A DNA stretch of 64,000 bases from positions 1 to 64,000 of the forward strand of contig KE560959.1 of NCBI GenBank assembly GCA_000442015.1, given 5' to 3'. The stretch comes from Rozella allomycis CSF55. Taxonomy: Eukaryota. A program made the position numbers and the translations under genes. Below, piece by piece: positions 35,661-50,685 of the stretch. Position 1 is the stretch's first letter. Each line of letters begins with the position of its first letter. Below the pieces are notes generated by a model. That model searched no databases and was not told where the DNA came from. It saw nothing but the letters and a program-made list of their open reading frames with translations.

Positions 35661-36605
35661 ATGCAGGTGGACTGTCGTGTAGTTGTAGACACCAATATCC
35701 TGCTTCTTTATCCTAACATATTGTACAATATGCAACAATATGTTCCTTTTGTTATTCCGATTGTAGTGGTTAGAGAACTTGACAAACTGAAGGTAAAAGA
35801 GAAGTTTTAACATATCAAGGGTTCAGAAAAACAAATGGAAGCTAGAAGAGCATGTGAATTTCTTACTAATCATTTAAATTATGTTTACGCTCAAAAAGCG
35901 CAAGACACAATTCTTAAAGACTTTTCAGTAACAGATCTGCTGTCATATAAATGAATAACGATGATCGAATATTAGATTGCTGCTTGTTCTTCAATCAGCA
36001 ATATCCTACTATACTTCTTTCAAATGATCACAATCTTGCATTAAAGGCGAAAGTTGAAAAGATTCCATGCATAGTAGATTGGAATGGAGATGGGGATTCT
36101 TTAATAGAACGAATAAATTACGAGCTTCTAAATCAAGGAAAACTTGAGTTTCAGGTAAACTATAAAATTTAGTTGAAATAGCATACTAACGGAGACGTGA
36201 TTATGATGGATGTGGATTCTGCCTATGATAAATTAAATGAAATTGTTCAAAAAATTGAGCAAAGATGGCCAAATAGAATGCAGTATTTTTACAAGAAACA
36301 ATTTGGCGACGATTGGACTTATTTAGTTGATCCACAGCCGCCCTGGACCTGGAAAATAATATGTAGATTAATGGAAAAGCATTGGCTCTCAGTTTTTAGC
36401 GAATATTTTCCCCGACACAGCAGCAAAATCGTTAGTTCTCTTTTTGGTTTTTCCAAACTGAAAGACTTCACATCATCGCAAGTCGATGATTTTGCCAAAA
36501 TCGTGGATCAGGTATCTGTGTTTCTTAATGCATAAGTTAATTAAACCATTTTATCTTGCCTTTATTAACCCACACACCGCATATTTTATGGATACTGACT
36601 TATAA
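35661..36605 (+). CDS. SWT1: PIN-domain endoribonuclease, SWT1-like
   Basis: VVVDTNILL, VIPIVVVRELDKLK, NNDDRILDCC, LLSNDHNLALKA; multi-exon. Confidence 0.8.
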
Positions 36606-36723
36606 ACTCTAATTCATCAATATTTTGAATGATATATAAATTGGCTTGTTAATCAATGATATGCTAAATTATGGAGCCCTATTTAATTTAAATCTTTTAT
36701 ACGTTTCTATTTCCCGAAATTTC

Positions 36724-37219
36724 ATGACCAACATTCCTCCTGTAAATATTTCTTCTTTACCAAATTCAAGGACCTTACAAACTTTCTAGATCTATCTGCA
36801 AATAGCGCAAAAAATTTTGTCAAATCTTTCTATCATGACTTAGATAATCAAAGGCAAGTAACTTTTTAAACTTGCTGGAACGATAGTCTGTTGCAAAGTA
36901 TTATGACAATAGCTCGGCAATTGTGTGGAACGGACAACCTTTCCAAGGATTCAATAGCTTTATACAATTTTTTTCTCAACTTCCTCCAAGTCTGCATGAA
37001 ACTCTAAGTTATCATTGCCAACCAATATTAGGTAATAAAGCGTGTAATTTTTGGATAGCTTTTGGTACATGTTTTCAAATAATGGTAAATGTGGATGGGT
37101 TGGTTACATTTTTGGGAAAGTCTAAACCACGGCTGTTTAATCATTGTTTCATTCTCGTTGTTGATTCTAACTCCTCAAACATCACATGCATCAAAACTGA
37201 GAGGTATAGAATATTATAA
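36724..37219 (+). CDS. NXT1: NTF2-related export protein NXT1/p15
   Basis: Spliced AKNFVKSFYHDLDNQR..YY...AIVWNG...LPPSLH...CQPI. Confidence 0.8.
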
Positions 37220-37254
37220 AATTCCATTTTTATGTCTTTAATTTTATTGATAAT

Positions 37255-38099
37255 TTATTTTAGGATTTCTTCATCTTCCGTTATGCTATTCCAAAATAAG
37301 AAAGTCAATATTCCTGTAAGTAGAAAATAAAATGTACCAATGGAACTTCCATCAAGAACTCCTTGACTTATATAAGAAATGGGCTTCACAATTACAAAAT
37401 TGAATAAAATTCCTAACCCGAAAGTTGTAGACATTGCTGCCAAGTATCCTAGTGGCAAATATACACCCAAAGATTTTAAGACTAAAATAACTTGTAAAAC
37501 AATGTAGATAAAAACGCAAACAAAAGGGAAAATCATTCCAATAGCTTCAAGAACAACATTTCCCTTCAAAAACTGCAAAGCCGGAATCTCAAGGAAATTA
37601 CTGGCACATGTAATAAAACTTGTAACTCCAACAATTAACATCCCAATGATCATTAAAAACAATGAAGCAGCTTGCCCATCTATCAATATTTGATATCCAA
37701 CAAATCCATTGAATAAAACTAACCACGCTAGACAAGATACTAGTGTAATATGCACTGATGCGATATATTTTGGAATAAGCGGATGCCCATTGAAAAAGAG
37801 CTTCTGCGAGACGAAAACAGTAGAAATCATACATAACGAAAAGATAGTAAAACCAGTCGCCATTTCTCGTCTTCCTAATATTGGATTTATAATGTTAATT
37901 TACCTACAGCCGCAGTTTTTCTATTTGCTTTCCATGCCAATATAATAGATATCAAAAATCCAAGTGTCGCCACAAGGAAGTCCACAAAATTTGCAAAACT
38001 AAAGTTATCAGTTACTTTAAATGGGTTTAAAATATTTTCTGGGGCTGAATTTAAAATTATACACAGAGCTGATGCCTGCTCGCAGGTCAAAATCATCAT
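37255..38099 (-). CDS. CHS7: Chitin synthase export chaperone
   Basis: KTAAVGRREM across an intron; LFNGFVGYQILIDG; LDGS; FWNSITED; multi-TM. Confidence 0.85.
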
Positions 38100-38215
38100 G
38101 AGAGTTGAGTCTTGAGAATTCAGCAGTGGCTGATGCAGTAACAAAATAATTAATTTACTTGCCCGCGACATCAAATTAATACTTATCAATATACCATTTG
38201 TCATTTTATTATTTA

Positions 38216-39134
38216 TCAAAGATCTATTTCTTTGGTTAAGATGAGGGTATTTATAGTGTCAATTTTGCTACTTCGTCCAGATGTTTCAGAATATATGCAC
38301 GAATCAGTGAAATTTAACTTAATTTTTCGTTTTGGCTTATTATGTTTTCTTTGAGTACTCGAGTAGCATCTCGTCAAATGGTTATCCGCTAATCTTGTCG
38401 TTAAAATGTTTTTACGGTAACTTGTTGATTTTTGAGGAAAGGACTCCACCCTACGGAGATACCTGGAATTTTGAGAAAGACTGTTCCAATTTGATTGAAG
38501 CGAGCTATGTAATTTATTCATAGTTTTGAGTAGTGCATCAGATAATGTTACGTTACATTTTTCAAGTTGGAATCGAAGTTTCGTTTCAGTTGCAACCATT
38601 GAATTTGCTTCTTCAAATAGTCGAGATGTCAAGCTTTCTAGCTCGCTCATAATTTCATCTCTTTCCAAAACAGCTTTGGAAGCCTCTTGAATCTTCCTCA
38701 TTGCATAAACAATATGTTACCGCTGCATCATATAATTGAGTTATCCGATCCATTTCATTTTGGAGCTTTTGCAAGTCATACTTTGTATCGTTTTTAGGAA
38801 ATCGATTTTTAGAAAGAAAAGGGATTATGCAAGTGTACAATGACCCTCGGCTATGTTCACTTGAAGTAATCTTGTCACTTTCCAACACGCTCATTTCCTT
38901 TTCATATTCCATACATTTTCTTTCATATAATTGTCTAAGATTTCTTTCGTTTTCTAAAATAACGCTAGTTTCTAAATCTACAAACATAGAAAAGGAATTT
39001 GAAAATCGACTGGCTAGTATTTTCTGGTTTCAATAAGCTATTCGCGTTACTTTGTATTCAGTAAACTCTGTTCCATAAATATCCTTACTACCGTCAATTA
39101 TTTTTTCGGTCGCTTCTTTAATTGCAATTTGCAT
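38216..39134 (-). CDS. Sec2/Rabin8-type Rab GEF coiled-coil protein
   Basis: ELESLTSRLFEEANSMVA; ATG 39134 joined in frame by a 27-nt intron to MFVDLE. Confidence 0.75.
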
Positions 39135-39202
39135 AATTTAATCTCCGTACCATTCAAAATATAATTTTGATAAAAAAAGCTTCTAAAATGAACGTCATTT
39201 AT

Positions 39203-40129
39203 TTACATTTTGGTAATAATTTCTCCAAGTTTTTCATACGCAATGGTAATATCTTTAAGTTTCTCAGTTATTTTTGAATTTATCTCTTGGTAGCCTAGCA
39301 TTTGTTTTTTATAATTTTCCGCAGTAATGGAGCTTTGCTCAAGAGCGGCTTTAAGTAAGTCATTATCCTTCGTGAGCAACGAAAGCTGCTTTTGGTAAGT
39401 TTCATTTGATTTTTCCATGGTTTCACGGAGCTGGACGTTAGTTTCCTCTAAGAGAGTGATCTTTTCTTCTAAATTTTTAACCCTTTGTTGAAGAACATTA
39501 TTCATGCCAGAGTCGTTGGTGTCAAAATCCTTTAATTGGTTTTCTAGATTACTAACCTATTGATAATCAAAAAAATATATGTACAAAATTCAAAAGTTTT
39601 TCAGAGGAAGAATCTGATTTCAAGACTGGCTTCGAGGGATTGGCGTTTCTATTAGGCTCAACAAGAGGCCTCTGCGGCGCGTTTATCGGATCATCCTTCT
39701 TAGGTTTCACATTTATATCACCAGCCTTAGGCATTTCAGTGACAGATTCCTCCTTTTTAACGTCCAGCTTCTTAATTCCTTCTGCGAAAAAGTTCTCGAT
39801 CTATTTATTGATATATTATAAAAATATACCTTTGGCGCATCGGCTTTAAACTTTAAATTCAGACCGTACATTTGCTTCAAAGTTGAATCATACCATTGAA
39901 CAAAAGCTTCGCCTGATCTTTTAAATATCGTGGACGATTGGATTGTGGTTTCTACAGCAAACTATTATATTTAACCCACACTTATTACGTTTTTATTTGA
40001 ATCCACTGCTCTCACAATAAATTTATCACCAACAACAAACTCCACAGGTAAAATTGCGTCAGACATTGAAACCCACGTTTTCTGTTGCTTATCTAAGTTG
40101 TACACTTGAGCCTGAGCGGTAAAAGACAT
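39203..40129 (-). CDS. EVH1/WH1 domain + C-terminal coiled coil, Homer-like
   Basis: Manual translation: MSFTAQAQVYNLDKQQKTWVS...FKRSGEAFVQWYDSTLKQMYGL; coiled-coil ORF 39203-39505. Confidence 0.7.
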
Positions 40130-40202
40130 TTGATTATTTAAAGGTTAAAGACCTTGGCAACAATAACAACACACTCAAAATTTTAACATCGAAATTTCCC
40201 AC

Positions 40203-41429
40203 ATGGATCTCACAACGGGCCTTAAAGAAGAAGATCGACTCAAAGAAAAAATTAATATTGAAAAGGAGTTAACAAAAGGTAAATGCTCTAATGCACTTTT
40301 AAAATTTAGAGATTAACAAGTTTTGTGTAAACAGAAATGATGTCGCTATTGGAACCTATCCTTTATCTCTTTTCGACAACGCAGAAGACTTCAGGAGAAT
40401 TGATTTGCATTTTAAAAGGGGCGAAAATATATTGGATGATATATTCACACCTTCTGATCGATCATCTTGGTTGAACTATTTTCCTCCGGGTATTTAAGTA
40501 TACATAAATTGAGTAGAAGAAAAGTTAGAAAAAGACATAAAGACCAAAGGAGTATTAGTAAGGTGCAGGAAATGCAATAGGCCGGTTTTTGAGAAGGCAC
40601 ATATGCAACACAAGGAAATATGCCAAGGCGAGAAAGCCCGCTCTAAAATAAAAACGCCTGTATTTCAGAGTCGGGTTAGCTCAGTACAAAATAAAAGTCT
40701 AAATTCCAACATTGAAGAAAATACTTCAATGGACGCATTTGAAATGAAGTCAAAGCTAAAAAAGCGGGCGCCTTCAAAGAAAGGTATGGCAACGATCTAA
40801 ATATTTCATTAAGGATCAAGCATAGAATTAGATTTAAATAAGCAATGCGGAGTTTTGTTAAATGCTTCGGGTGCCCGTTGTACAAGGTCCCTAACATGCA
40901 AGTCACATTCAGCAACATCAAAAAGAGCGGTCCAAAGAGATTATGATTATGATTATTTATTAAATATGCATAATACCAGACAGCAGATGCTGAAAAATCA
41001 AAAAGCAGCAGGCATAGGTAATATGAACACCAGGCCCGAAAAATAGAGCACGCAACAGCTGTATCAAATGTCGCTAATGCTACATGCTTTTTAGAATTGG
41101 ATGAACCTATCGTTGATTTATATGAAGCGGTAAGAGGTTCATGCCCCAGCAAAATTGTTGACGAACCATTGCCATTTTCACCTTATGCTAGTGTCAATGC
41201 GCATATACTTCAGAGTGTATTTATAACATTTTTACCATCCCTCGCTAGACCATCTATACCTAAACCAAGGCATATGATATCGAAGAGGCTTGAACAACTT
41301 GACGAACATTTTCCAGAGACTTCAACTCCGACAACAGAAAAGAAAAGGAAAAAGAAGACCTTAAATGGCAAAGAAAAAAAGAAAACAAAAAAATTGGCGG
41401 CTGATGATTTAATATCAATTGATGAATGA
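40203..41429 (+). CDS. SGF73: SAGA DUB-module subunit SGF73/ataxin-7
   Basis: ZnF CRKCNRPV..H..HKEIC; SCA7 domain CGV....RCTRSLTCKSHS..SKRAV. Confidence 0.85.
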
Positions 41430-41508
41430 TTTTGCACACTTTTGATCTTCATTTTCACACACGTTCATTGTAAACAATAAATAAAATGCAGAATATAATT
41501 TATTTTCT

Positions 41509-42966
41509 CTATATAAAAAATTGCAAAAGAGCCCCCTGTAGCAAAAGAAATAAAGTAATCCAATTGGCGAGTTGCATTGAATAAGCTTTGTTAAATGGAG
41601 GGTATACACAAATGCCATCCAATGCTCCCATCGAAAATATCAATATTATTCCAAAAAATTGAGCCGAAGTATTCAACAAAAAGGAGCTGGTTGCTTCGTC
41701 TATATCGTTGAAAGATTTTGCAGCTAATTCAAATCCACTTGGCATCATTGCGGAAAGAGATCCCCCAAGAAAGATGCTAAAAATTGTATCCAAATATATT
41801 TTACATAGCTAGGACCACGTATTCGAAAGAAAGAAATTCTAACGCTATGTTGTAGAAAGTGTATGAAAGTATGGCCAAGATATATAGCCAGCGACAAGCA
41901 GATGCATACTTTTTAGTTCTATCCAAATAATTTCCCGCAATTAATATAAATATCATGCCAACTCCAATGAACCCTAATCCGAGAAAGCCAACGTCGAACT
42001 ATATATGTTAGAATTTAAGTCTTCATACCTCTCTGCTTGGATATATTGGCACAATCATTTGCGCCATCAATGTAGTTACGCTATATTGAACACCAATATT
42101 TATCCCGTAAGCGACAAACAAGGCCGCAAATCTAGCATTTTTCATCGCCTTAAAAATCAGTGATCCTACTCCATAATTCCTTTTAATCGATTCGACAGCA
42201 TAAAATGGAGAATCAGATTCAAAAAACATAACAATCAAGGCGAAGATTACACAGCAAAATATAAATTGAATAAGAAAATAGCGACTTATATCTGCTGCTT
42301 GGTTATTTGAAGAAATTGCCAATGGTGTAATGAAGAATCTATATTCCTGATATAATAATTTTGTTACGCTAATAGCACTCCCATAGTGTTACAATTAACC
42401 GCGATACTTGTGGCCAAACTTTGAAGCTTCTCCGGAAACCAGCAACTAGCCAATTTTGAAGGTAAACCTTTCATTGAAATGAATATATATTACCGAGAAT
42501 AAATCCCTGTGCTATCGCGGAAACGCATTGCCCGATTAGACAAATATTGTACTCGTTTGACCAGTACCACCTGATAAATGTCCCCAGAGCATTTAAAAAC
42601 GCGCCTATACAAATTCCTAGAAATTATTTTCAGTGAAAAACATTACCTAATTACGACCGCAATAATTTTCTTACCTGCTTTGATTCCATTAGAGTTGGAA
42701 GCATCCACTGGATAAACCTTTGCTCTTTGAAACCAGGATCTAATTTTCCTATCATTTTCAACAGTCCACAAGCACGGGAACATCATAAACGGATATATGA
42801 TCATGTACACGAGCGAAAAGAGATTTATGTACAGTATATCCGACTTGCCAAAGTGTGTTTGGAATACATAGGTGAGAGGTGCAAAGGTGTTCCACTGAAA
42901 AGAATTTGAAGCAGACAAGAGACCGAACAGAGCCAGCATCTGCCATTTTTTAAAGGAATTTTTCAT
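41509..42966 (-). CDS. MFS transporter, FLVCR/SLC49 family
   Basis: SASNSFQWNTFAP, IGQCVSAIAQGF, PSKLASCWFP, GFELAA, SAQFFGI. Confidence 0.8.
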
Positions 42967-43251
42967 GGCGGAAAAGAAGCGATGGAGCAAGCCATTTATC
43001 CTAAAAATAGAATTATATGTGCAATGAGAATTAGGTTTATGAGTTTAATTTAAATGAGTTGCATCCGTTTTGAGATTGAAATTCGTAACTGACACTTCCT
43101 GTCCATTGAAAGATTCAAGATATTAAATGAAACTAATCAATGACTCATCAAATTTTAATTAACCAAATGAAATTGAATAATCTATTAATTTTTAATCCAA
43201 TTATTGTGCATAGAATACTCCAACAATTATGTCAGAATTTGTTTACAAATA

Positions 43252-43959
43252 ATGCCACCCAAAAAAGAAAAGAAAAAGGCAAAATCAGCCTCCAAATCAT
43301 CCGGTAACAATCTCGCACACTACGCAAAGACAATGCCCCTACCGCGCAAGACCGCCTCTTGCAAGCAGAAACACAAATAGAAACACTACAACGCGAGCTC
43401 GGTAAATAACTTCCCAACAATGAAAAGAATTTCGTGACGAGCTAATAATGCGACTAAAGACGCGCAACGAAGAGATGCGGCGGCAGGTGANGACGCGCAA
43501 CGAAGAGATGCGGCTTCAAGTGAAGACGATGGAGACGTTTGTGGAGAGCAAGGACCAGGACCGCATAGATGTAGCTGCTGGTATGATATGAGGTGATTTA
43601 TAGTAGATATGAATCGGCAGTACCAGTTTATGCAGCATGAGATGCTTGAGCGGGTGAATAGACTGGAGGATAAGATTGAAGAGTTGAATAGGAATATTGA
43701 GGATAGGGATTGTAAGATTAAAGAGTGGGAGAGTCGGTTTGAGAGTATGGTCAAGGAGAAGGATGATATAATATATGAAAAGGATGAAAAATTGGAGTAC
43801 ATGTCGCAAGAGTTTGAGAGTATGTTGCATGATACGCTGGATAGGATGACTAGAAAGTTGGAGCATGTTAGTATGAGGTGGAAGGAGGATGTTGATTTGA
43901 CAGAGACTAACCAGAGAAAGTTGGCGAGAGATTTCAATTTTGCTCGATTAAAGATATAA
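43252..43959 (+). CDS. CCDC153/DRC12-like flagellar coiled-coil protein
   Basis: MPPKKEKKK start; DMNRQYQFMQ; MSQEFESMLHDTL; N-junction artefact at 43491. Confidence 0.65.
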
Positions 43960-44053
43960 AAGTAAAAAGGTGAAAATAAAACAGACAATAAATTTCATTT
44001 TAAAAAACATTTTCATTTTAAAAGACTTTTCAGATAAACTTTAAAATTCTAGT

Positions 44054-47000
44054 TTATTCCTTGTCTAGAGAAATCATACAGCTTTTAGCAACAGAGTCAA
44101 AGAGTCTTTCAATGTCTGGAGCAACATGGGTGAAGCTGTGACTCCAGAATGAATAGATGGGATTTTTGACTAGTTCAATAAAAGTGACGAGTAGACCCCA
44201 TGGATGTGGTCTATTAACAATTAATCTTTCCAACAGAACTCTAGAATAAGAAGGAATAAATATTAATACCGGGTGATGTGTTCTTTGATGGATTCAGATT
44301 TAGCAGATTGAAACAAATTCAAGATGATGGAGCTGAAATGGTTTGTGTGAATATTTGGAAATCTCATTTGATTAGCGATTGAGTCCAAGACAGAGTGAAG
44401 ATCTAATTTAAGAGAGAGTTTATAAAATTACTTGCAGAATCTAATTCAGAGCATAAAGTATTGAAAAAGACCATTGAAGAAGAAGAAGATAAATTTTGCG
44501 TGTGATTCAAATTGATACCAATGATACCAGCAGACAATACCAGTGCATGGATGGAAGCAAAAGAATTATCATTTTTAAAATAATCAGTAATGAAATCTTT
44601 TAATTCTTTTTCTTTAAATTCTTTTTCTTTTAATTCTTTTTCTTTAAATTTAGATTCTAAAATATTTTGTAATTTTCCCAAATGATTTGAAATTTCTTTT
44701 GGAAAATTCTGAAATTCATTTTTCTGATTAAAAAAGATTTTTGGCAAAAGTTTTGATTCATCTAGAGAATTCATTTTAAGATCTTTAGTGAATGGATCTG
44801 GCAACTTCATGTTTCTTGGGAAAGCAGATAAAACAAGATTTCTCAATTGAATGCAAGTGGAGGGAATTAAATTACAAATATCAAAATAATATTCACAAAG
44901 GAAATCTGGAAAATCATGTAAAATTACAAGTAATATTCTCAAAGTGCCTTTTAAAAATAGATTAATGAATTACCCCTGTAAATAACTCTGATAGATTCTT
45001 TAAGATCAGGTTTTTTAAGAAATGGATAAAGAAACTCAAGAGCATCCAACAATAAAGAATGAAATAGAGGCCTTTGATTAAATGAAGATTAAAGAGGTAC
45101 CAAGTAGATCTACTTTCTAATAAAACAAATTTCGGGTGAGTTATCATTTCATACCAAGCGAATACAAATTCAGGCACAACTGTTGGTCTTATTAAATGGA
45201 GCAATGTAGCAAAGCACTCCAACACTCTAAACCTAAACGCTTCACTAGTAGGAAGTGCAGTAGCGTTAGAAGGAGCAGTAGTTGAAGTATTAGCTGCATC
45301 AGTAGTTTCCATGTTCTTTTCGCCTTTATTTTCTCCTTTACTCTCACTTCCTTTATTTTCACGTACTCTACCCTCACTAATTCCATCACTAGTCCCTTCA
45401 CTTCCTTTGCATTCATTAATCATATTATTCATTAAACTAAGAAACAACCTACAAAAAGGCTTCTGCACCAAAAAATTTCTTCTATCCAAAGCTTGCACAA
45501 GCACCAATGAAATAATAGAAAGAACCTTGGACAACAATTGAATTCTCTTGTTATTTCCATTCTCATTATTTTCAAATCCATACTTTAACATTAAAACAAT
45601 TAATCTACTAAACGCTTCCACCGCTTGATAAGAAACAGACATTGGGTTGGATCTATTCTTTAAATAATATTCAATACAAAGTTCAGTGCAAACTCTAAAG
45701 AATAGAAAAGTAACTTGGTCGTCTTTAATGATGCCTTGTTGCTGCAATTGAACAACAAAAGGTGCTAGATTATCTTCAAGGGTGGAGGGATACTGAAACA
45801 GTCTCAACCAATCATTAAACACTACAGCAATTCTGTTTCTTATATCGTTTCCTTCTTCTTCTCTTCCAGTATTCAATTTTCTTGTAATGTCATGCAAAAG
45901 TCTAGTTAAACTTTCTGGGCCTTTAGTTCTCTGTGCAATTCTATTCAAAGTTTCAATTGAAAACACAAAATCAAATGGGGAAGCTATAGCTGGTTCATCT
46001 AATACACATCTTCTAATTAATTTAACACAAAATTCAATAGCTGATATTCTACCAGTTTCCATCACTTTGGCCATTTGCATGTCATATTCAACAACATTCA
46101 ATAGTCCACTCAATAGTAATGCTATTGTAACAGGAACATTATACTTTCTTTCATCATCTGCATAAATAATCCAACTAGTAACTTCTTTGGCTACTTTGCT
46201 ACTAATCTCACACAATTTATCCAATAAAATAACAGATATTTCTCTCAACAAGGGTGAATCTGATTTATACAATATTTGAACAACCTTTAATAACAACAAT
46301 TGAATCATTTTACTTTTTGACTAAAAACAAGGGCTACTTCATCTCTATTGTAAGCATGCAACACAATAACAAGAATTTGTCTTAATAAAGTTCTCAATTC
46401 ATGTTGTGTTGGAAATGTTGACAAGGATTGATTTGGACTAATTAAAACAATCTTTTCCACTTTTGAAATAATCATTATAAATCTTTCTAAACATTGTTGT
46501 GTTGATAAAACTGTCTTTTCATTTGAATTGTTTTCATTCTTTTGTAAATTCTTTAATAAATTTTGTATTCTTTCATATTCCCCTGGCTCAATTGGATTTA
46601 TATTGATTAATGGAATTGAATTCAATGAATTTCTTTTAAACAAATCATAAATATTCAATTGATTGCTATTCAACCCACCAACTTTACATTTCAATGCTTC
46701 TGGTATCAAACTATAAAAAGATTGCATATTAACAAAACTAGGATCTGTAAATGGCTGATTAGATCTTTCCTTGTGTTTTCTTCTCAACATCAACGCTGCT
46801 GACACATTCTCCTTCATTTCAACCAACGCCTTTTCTACACACGCCTTTTCAATAAAACTTGTCAATATTTGTAAATTATCTTCTATTATTCCAATTATAC
46901 TAGACTCTGTCATTCCAATTCCAATCTCAGCTATTTGAATAAAGTTTCTAACATTCGATATTATCGCATTCTTCAATGGATCTTTGGCTGTCACATTCGC

Positions 47001-50000
47001 TAGTTGTCCAGACACACTCATTATCATTTGGTTACACGCTTTCATCATTCTCTCTTCACTTCCTTCCATACAGAAATCCTTCAAAATAATCTCTTTACAC
47101 GTCAACACAGCTATTGAACTAGATCTCTCTACTACTGGCCCAATCACTTCTCTCAATGCAAATTCCATAGCCAACAAGATTATATTCTGCAACACTGGAT
47201 ATACATTCCCTCCAAAATTAATAAATGGTTGCAACAATGTTCCATCAATCGTTGTATTAGTTGANNNNNNNNNNNNNNNNNNNNNNNNNNNNNNNNNNNN
47301 NNNNNNNNNNNNNNNNNNNNNNNNNNNNNNNNNNNNNNNNNNNNNNNNNNNNNNNNNNNNNNNNNNNNNNNNNNNNNNNNNNNNNNNNNNNNNNNNNNNN
47401 NNNNNNNNNNNNNNNNNNNNNNNNNNNNNNNNNNNNNNNNNNNNNNNNNNNNNNNNNNNNNNNNTTGATTACATCTCCCTTATTTTCACTAGCTCCACTT
47501 GCACTATTAATAGCATTAGCTACAGTCAATTGCTTCAACACAGTAGATGGCTCAATACCTAACAATCTCATCACCAAATCTTACTTGCCAAATCAACTTG
47601 AATTTTATTACACAAAACCTCAACTTCAAACTTTAAATTCAACTTCAAATCAGCAAAATGATACATTTCAACCAACAATCTCAACAATCTCATGATCCAC
47701 GGATTATTTGGCTTAAACACCATACTACCAACACTCTGCTCAAGAAATTTACACACAAACGGTATCGCTACTATCAATCTATTACTCTCATATCCTTCAT
47801 TAATCATCCATTGTTTCATTACCTTCTATCAATAACTCTCTAAACGACATGTGCTTGTGCAAAACAACTTTATTCTCTCCCAACGTTAAACTGCCCAACC
47901 ATCCTGCTAAATTCTTCAAAATTTGTCTCTTATCAATAGATGACACTGTCTCCTCTGAATTCAACAACAAATAAATATTAGAAAATGTTTCCAAAAATAT
48001 AAATCTCTCCAGTTCTTTATTATTCAATCTCTTTATCAAATTATTATACACTCCATGATAATTCAACTCTTTACAAACTCTCTTTTCTATCAAATAATTG
48101 GCAAACCATCCTATAACATCTTCCTTCATCTCTTTATTCGCTTCATCTGCCTTTTCCACTAAGTTATTAACAGAAATATTATTCAAAATAAACAATAATC
48201 TATCCTGGACACTCTCTTCTGGTATCTTTTCATTCCTCGGTCCAAAATCTTTTTCTATTTGTTTCATCTTTACACACGAAAATATCACACCAGGGTCTTT
48301 CACTTGTCTGGGCAACACTGGCATTGGATTAGACACCAACTGCTGAATATACGTCACCAAGTCTGGAAACACTTGCTGCAAATGTGGAATAGACATCAAA
48401 TGCGAACAATACTGCGGCCACTCACCCAATCTGCTCTGGAACTGAATCAACGCTTGGAATCCAAACTTAAACATCTTTGATCCAACTGGCTTTCTCAATG
48501 ACTCCAACACATATCTCAATGCTACTCCAAGTGGTATATACGATATCAACTGATACTGAATCAACGATCCAAACAACACTGCTGTCAACGCCAACTCTTT
48601 CTCTGGATACTTTGGAAAGAAACGATATTCATCAAACAGATTATGAATCATACACGCAAATATCTCTTGTTCTCTTTGCAATCTAGACACTTTTAATTGC
48701 GCCAGTATATCAATCATTTGTTTAACAGATATTTCCTTTGAATAAACCTTTTCAAAATACATATTAGCTTCATTTTCTCTATCAGCTGGGAATTGAGCTT
48801 CTGTTTGATAAATTGGCTCTGCATTCCCACTCTCACTCTCCTGGCCCATCATTCCCAACACATCCTGATACACATTCTTTGCTTCTGCATTCATCAGATT
48901 CATATTAGATTTAAACACTCCCAAAAATATATTGACTACTTCAACTGACAATGGTATAAAGGGTGGAACTTGTTGCCCTTCTGCTCTTCTCAACTGCAAC
49001 GCCAATTTCACATACACAAAATCCAAACATGCCTTCATAAACACTTCCTTTAATGTTTTCAGCGTATCAATCAGCCACTTCTCCAAATTCAAATGCTCTC
49101 TTCTACTAGCTAATGCAGCCATATCAATTGCAAATGAAAATGGTCTAGCCTCTAAAATAACAGTCAAGCCACGAATCTCCTGCGCCACATCCAGCAATCG
49201 GGATAAACAAGTTGGATCTCTTTTGTGTAATTCAGACATACAATGAATCACCAAATTACTATTCAAATGCCACAATCTACTTAAAACTATTGATGAATTC
49301 TGTTGTCCAATAAGAAATCCACATGACAATTTAACTATCAACTCATGTGGCTTGGAATTCCATGCTGGATTCAAATGAGACAATCCAAGACAAATCAATT
49401 CAGGACATTGTTTAACTCCAATTTCTAAAATTCCAATGGCTTCCTTTTCCAAATTTGAATCAAAATAGCCAATCAATACTTCCATCAAATCTACACAATT
49501 CCATGTTTGATGATACATCACATTCAAAAGATTCTTAGAGTTTCCAGATATTAACGTAACCTCTTCAAATGTTATCACTTTTCTCAATGCATAGTTTGAA
49601 AAATTCATTAAATCGGACGCTTGCACTGTATAATACAGAAACGATAATTGCCCTTTTCCATTACTCCATCTAGTCATAAAAAATTTAGACGGAAAACTAT
49701 TCATATCCTAAACATATTTTAAACAGCTATAATCATACAGGCATCGCAATTCCCAAAATTCCCATCAAGCTTCTAAAGCACGTCATATCAGATATAAAAA
49801 ATTCTTCATTATCCAAACATTCAACAATCCTTTTCCAATTTAATTCATTATTCTTTTAAATCAAAATCATTATCTTACATGTTGATTCAAAACTCTACAA
49901 AACACTTCTCCATTCCAAACAGCAAATGGATCATTCTCTTCACTCGCCTTTTTCCTTGCTATCTGAATCAACGCTCCAGCCACATCTTCCTCTTTCAGCC

Positions 50001-50538
50001 TTCTTCCGAAATGGTCAACAACAGATCTCATCATATCAGCATTCGAACAAATCTTGGAACCAACCTCACCCAGGATGGCTCCAAAACTCAAATTCACATT
50101 CAAACTCTCCAGCAGCGTTGTCAAATCCTCGCCACTCATATACATCCTCGGTCTACACTAAATCAACCCTGGTTTGTTTACATGTGCTTTATCTTTAGTG
50201 CATACTCGTCCATACTCAACAAATTCAAATAATCATACACCCTCTCCACCTTTGAACTCTCCAACGCACTAAAATCTATCAACTCAAAGTTCTCCTCGAT
50301 AAGCTCACGACCTACTTTTTCTTTATATTATTTAACTACCTTTAATAGACTCGGGATCAAATAAACACAAATCAACACCCAACAACAGTAGCTGAAGGTA
50401 CGTCAGCTCTGATAAATTAATCTTTTCTTGCTTGTAATAATTTGCTAGTATTCCTAAATGCGTAGGCTCTTTGACATACAGAGCGAACGCTTCGAATACC
50501 TCCGTGGGTCGCTGTAAACGCTCCTCGGGTTGTGACAT
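44054..50538 (-). CDS. NOT1: CCR4-NOT scaffold NOT1 (200-N gap at 47265-47464)
   Basis: [34 protein letters not shown]-like [36 protein letters not shown]. Confidence 0.96.
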
Positions 50539-50685
50539 TCTGCAAGGGTCACCTGAAAATTCCAGATTAAAACCAACAAGTATAGAAATTAATACTGCTT
50601 TATACAATATAATAATTGTAATTTATTGATAATTTAAAAATGTTGTAAACATTAAATGATGGGAATCATCTACCTCGACTGCCTA

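Noticed and set aside
43459-43515. Direct repeat gacgcgcaacgaagagatgcggc in the DRC12-like gene
   Set aside because: Flanks N at 43491, so it is an assembly junction artefact.
43386-43988. Long antisense ORFs (e.g. 43386-43988, 15576-16226, 16853-17332)
   Set aside because: Shadow ORFs opposite real genes in compositionally skewed DNA; no motifs.
47265-47464. ORFs spanning the 200-N run
   Set aside because: Scaffold gap inside NOT1; the ORFs are artefacts.
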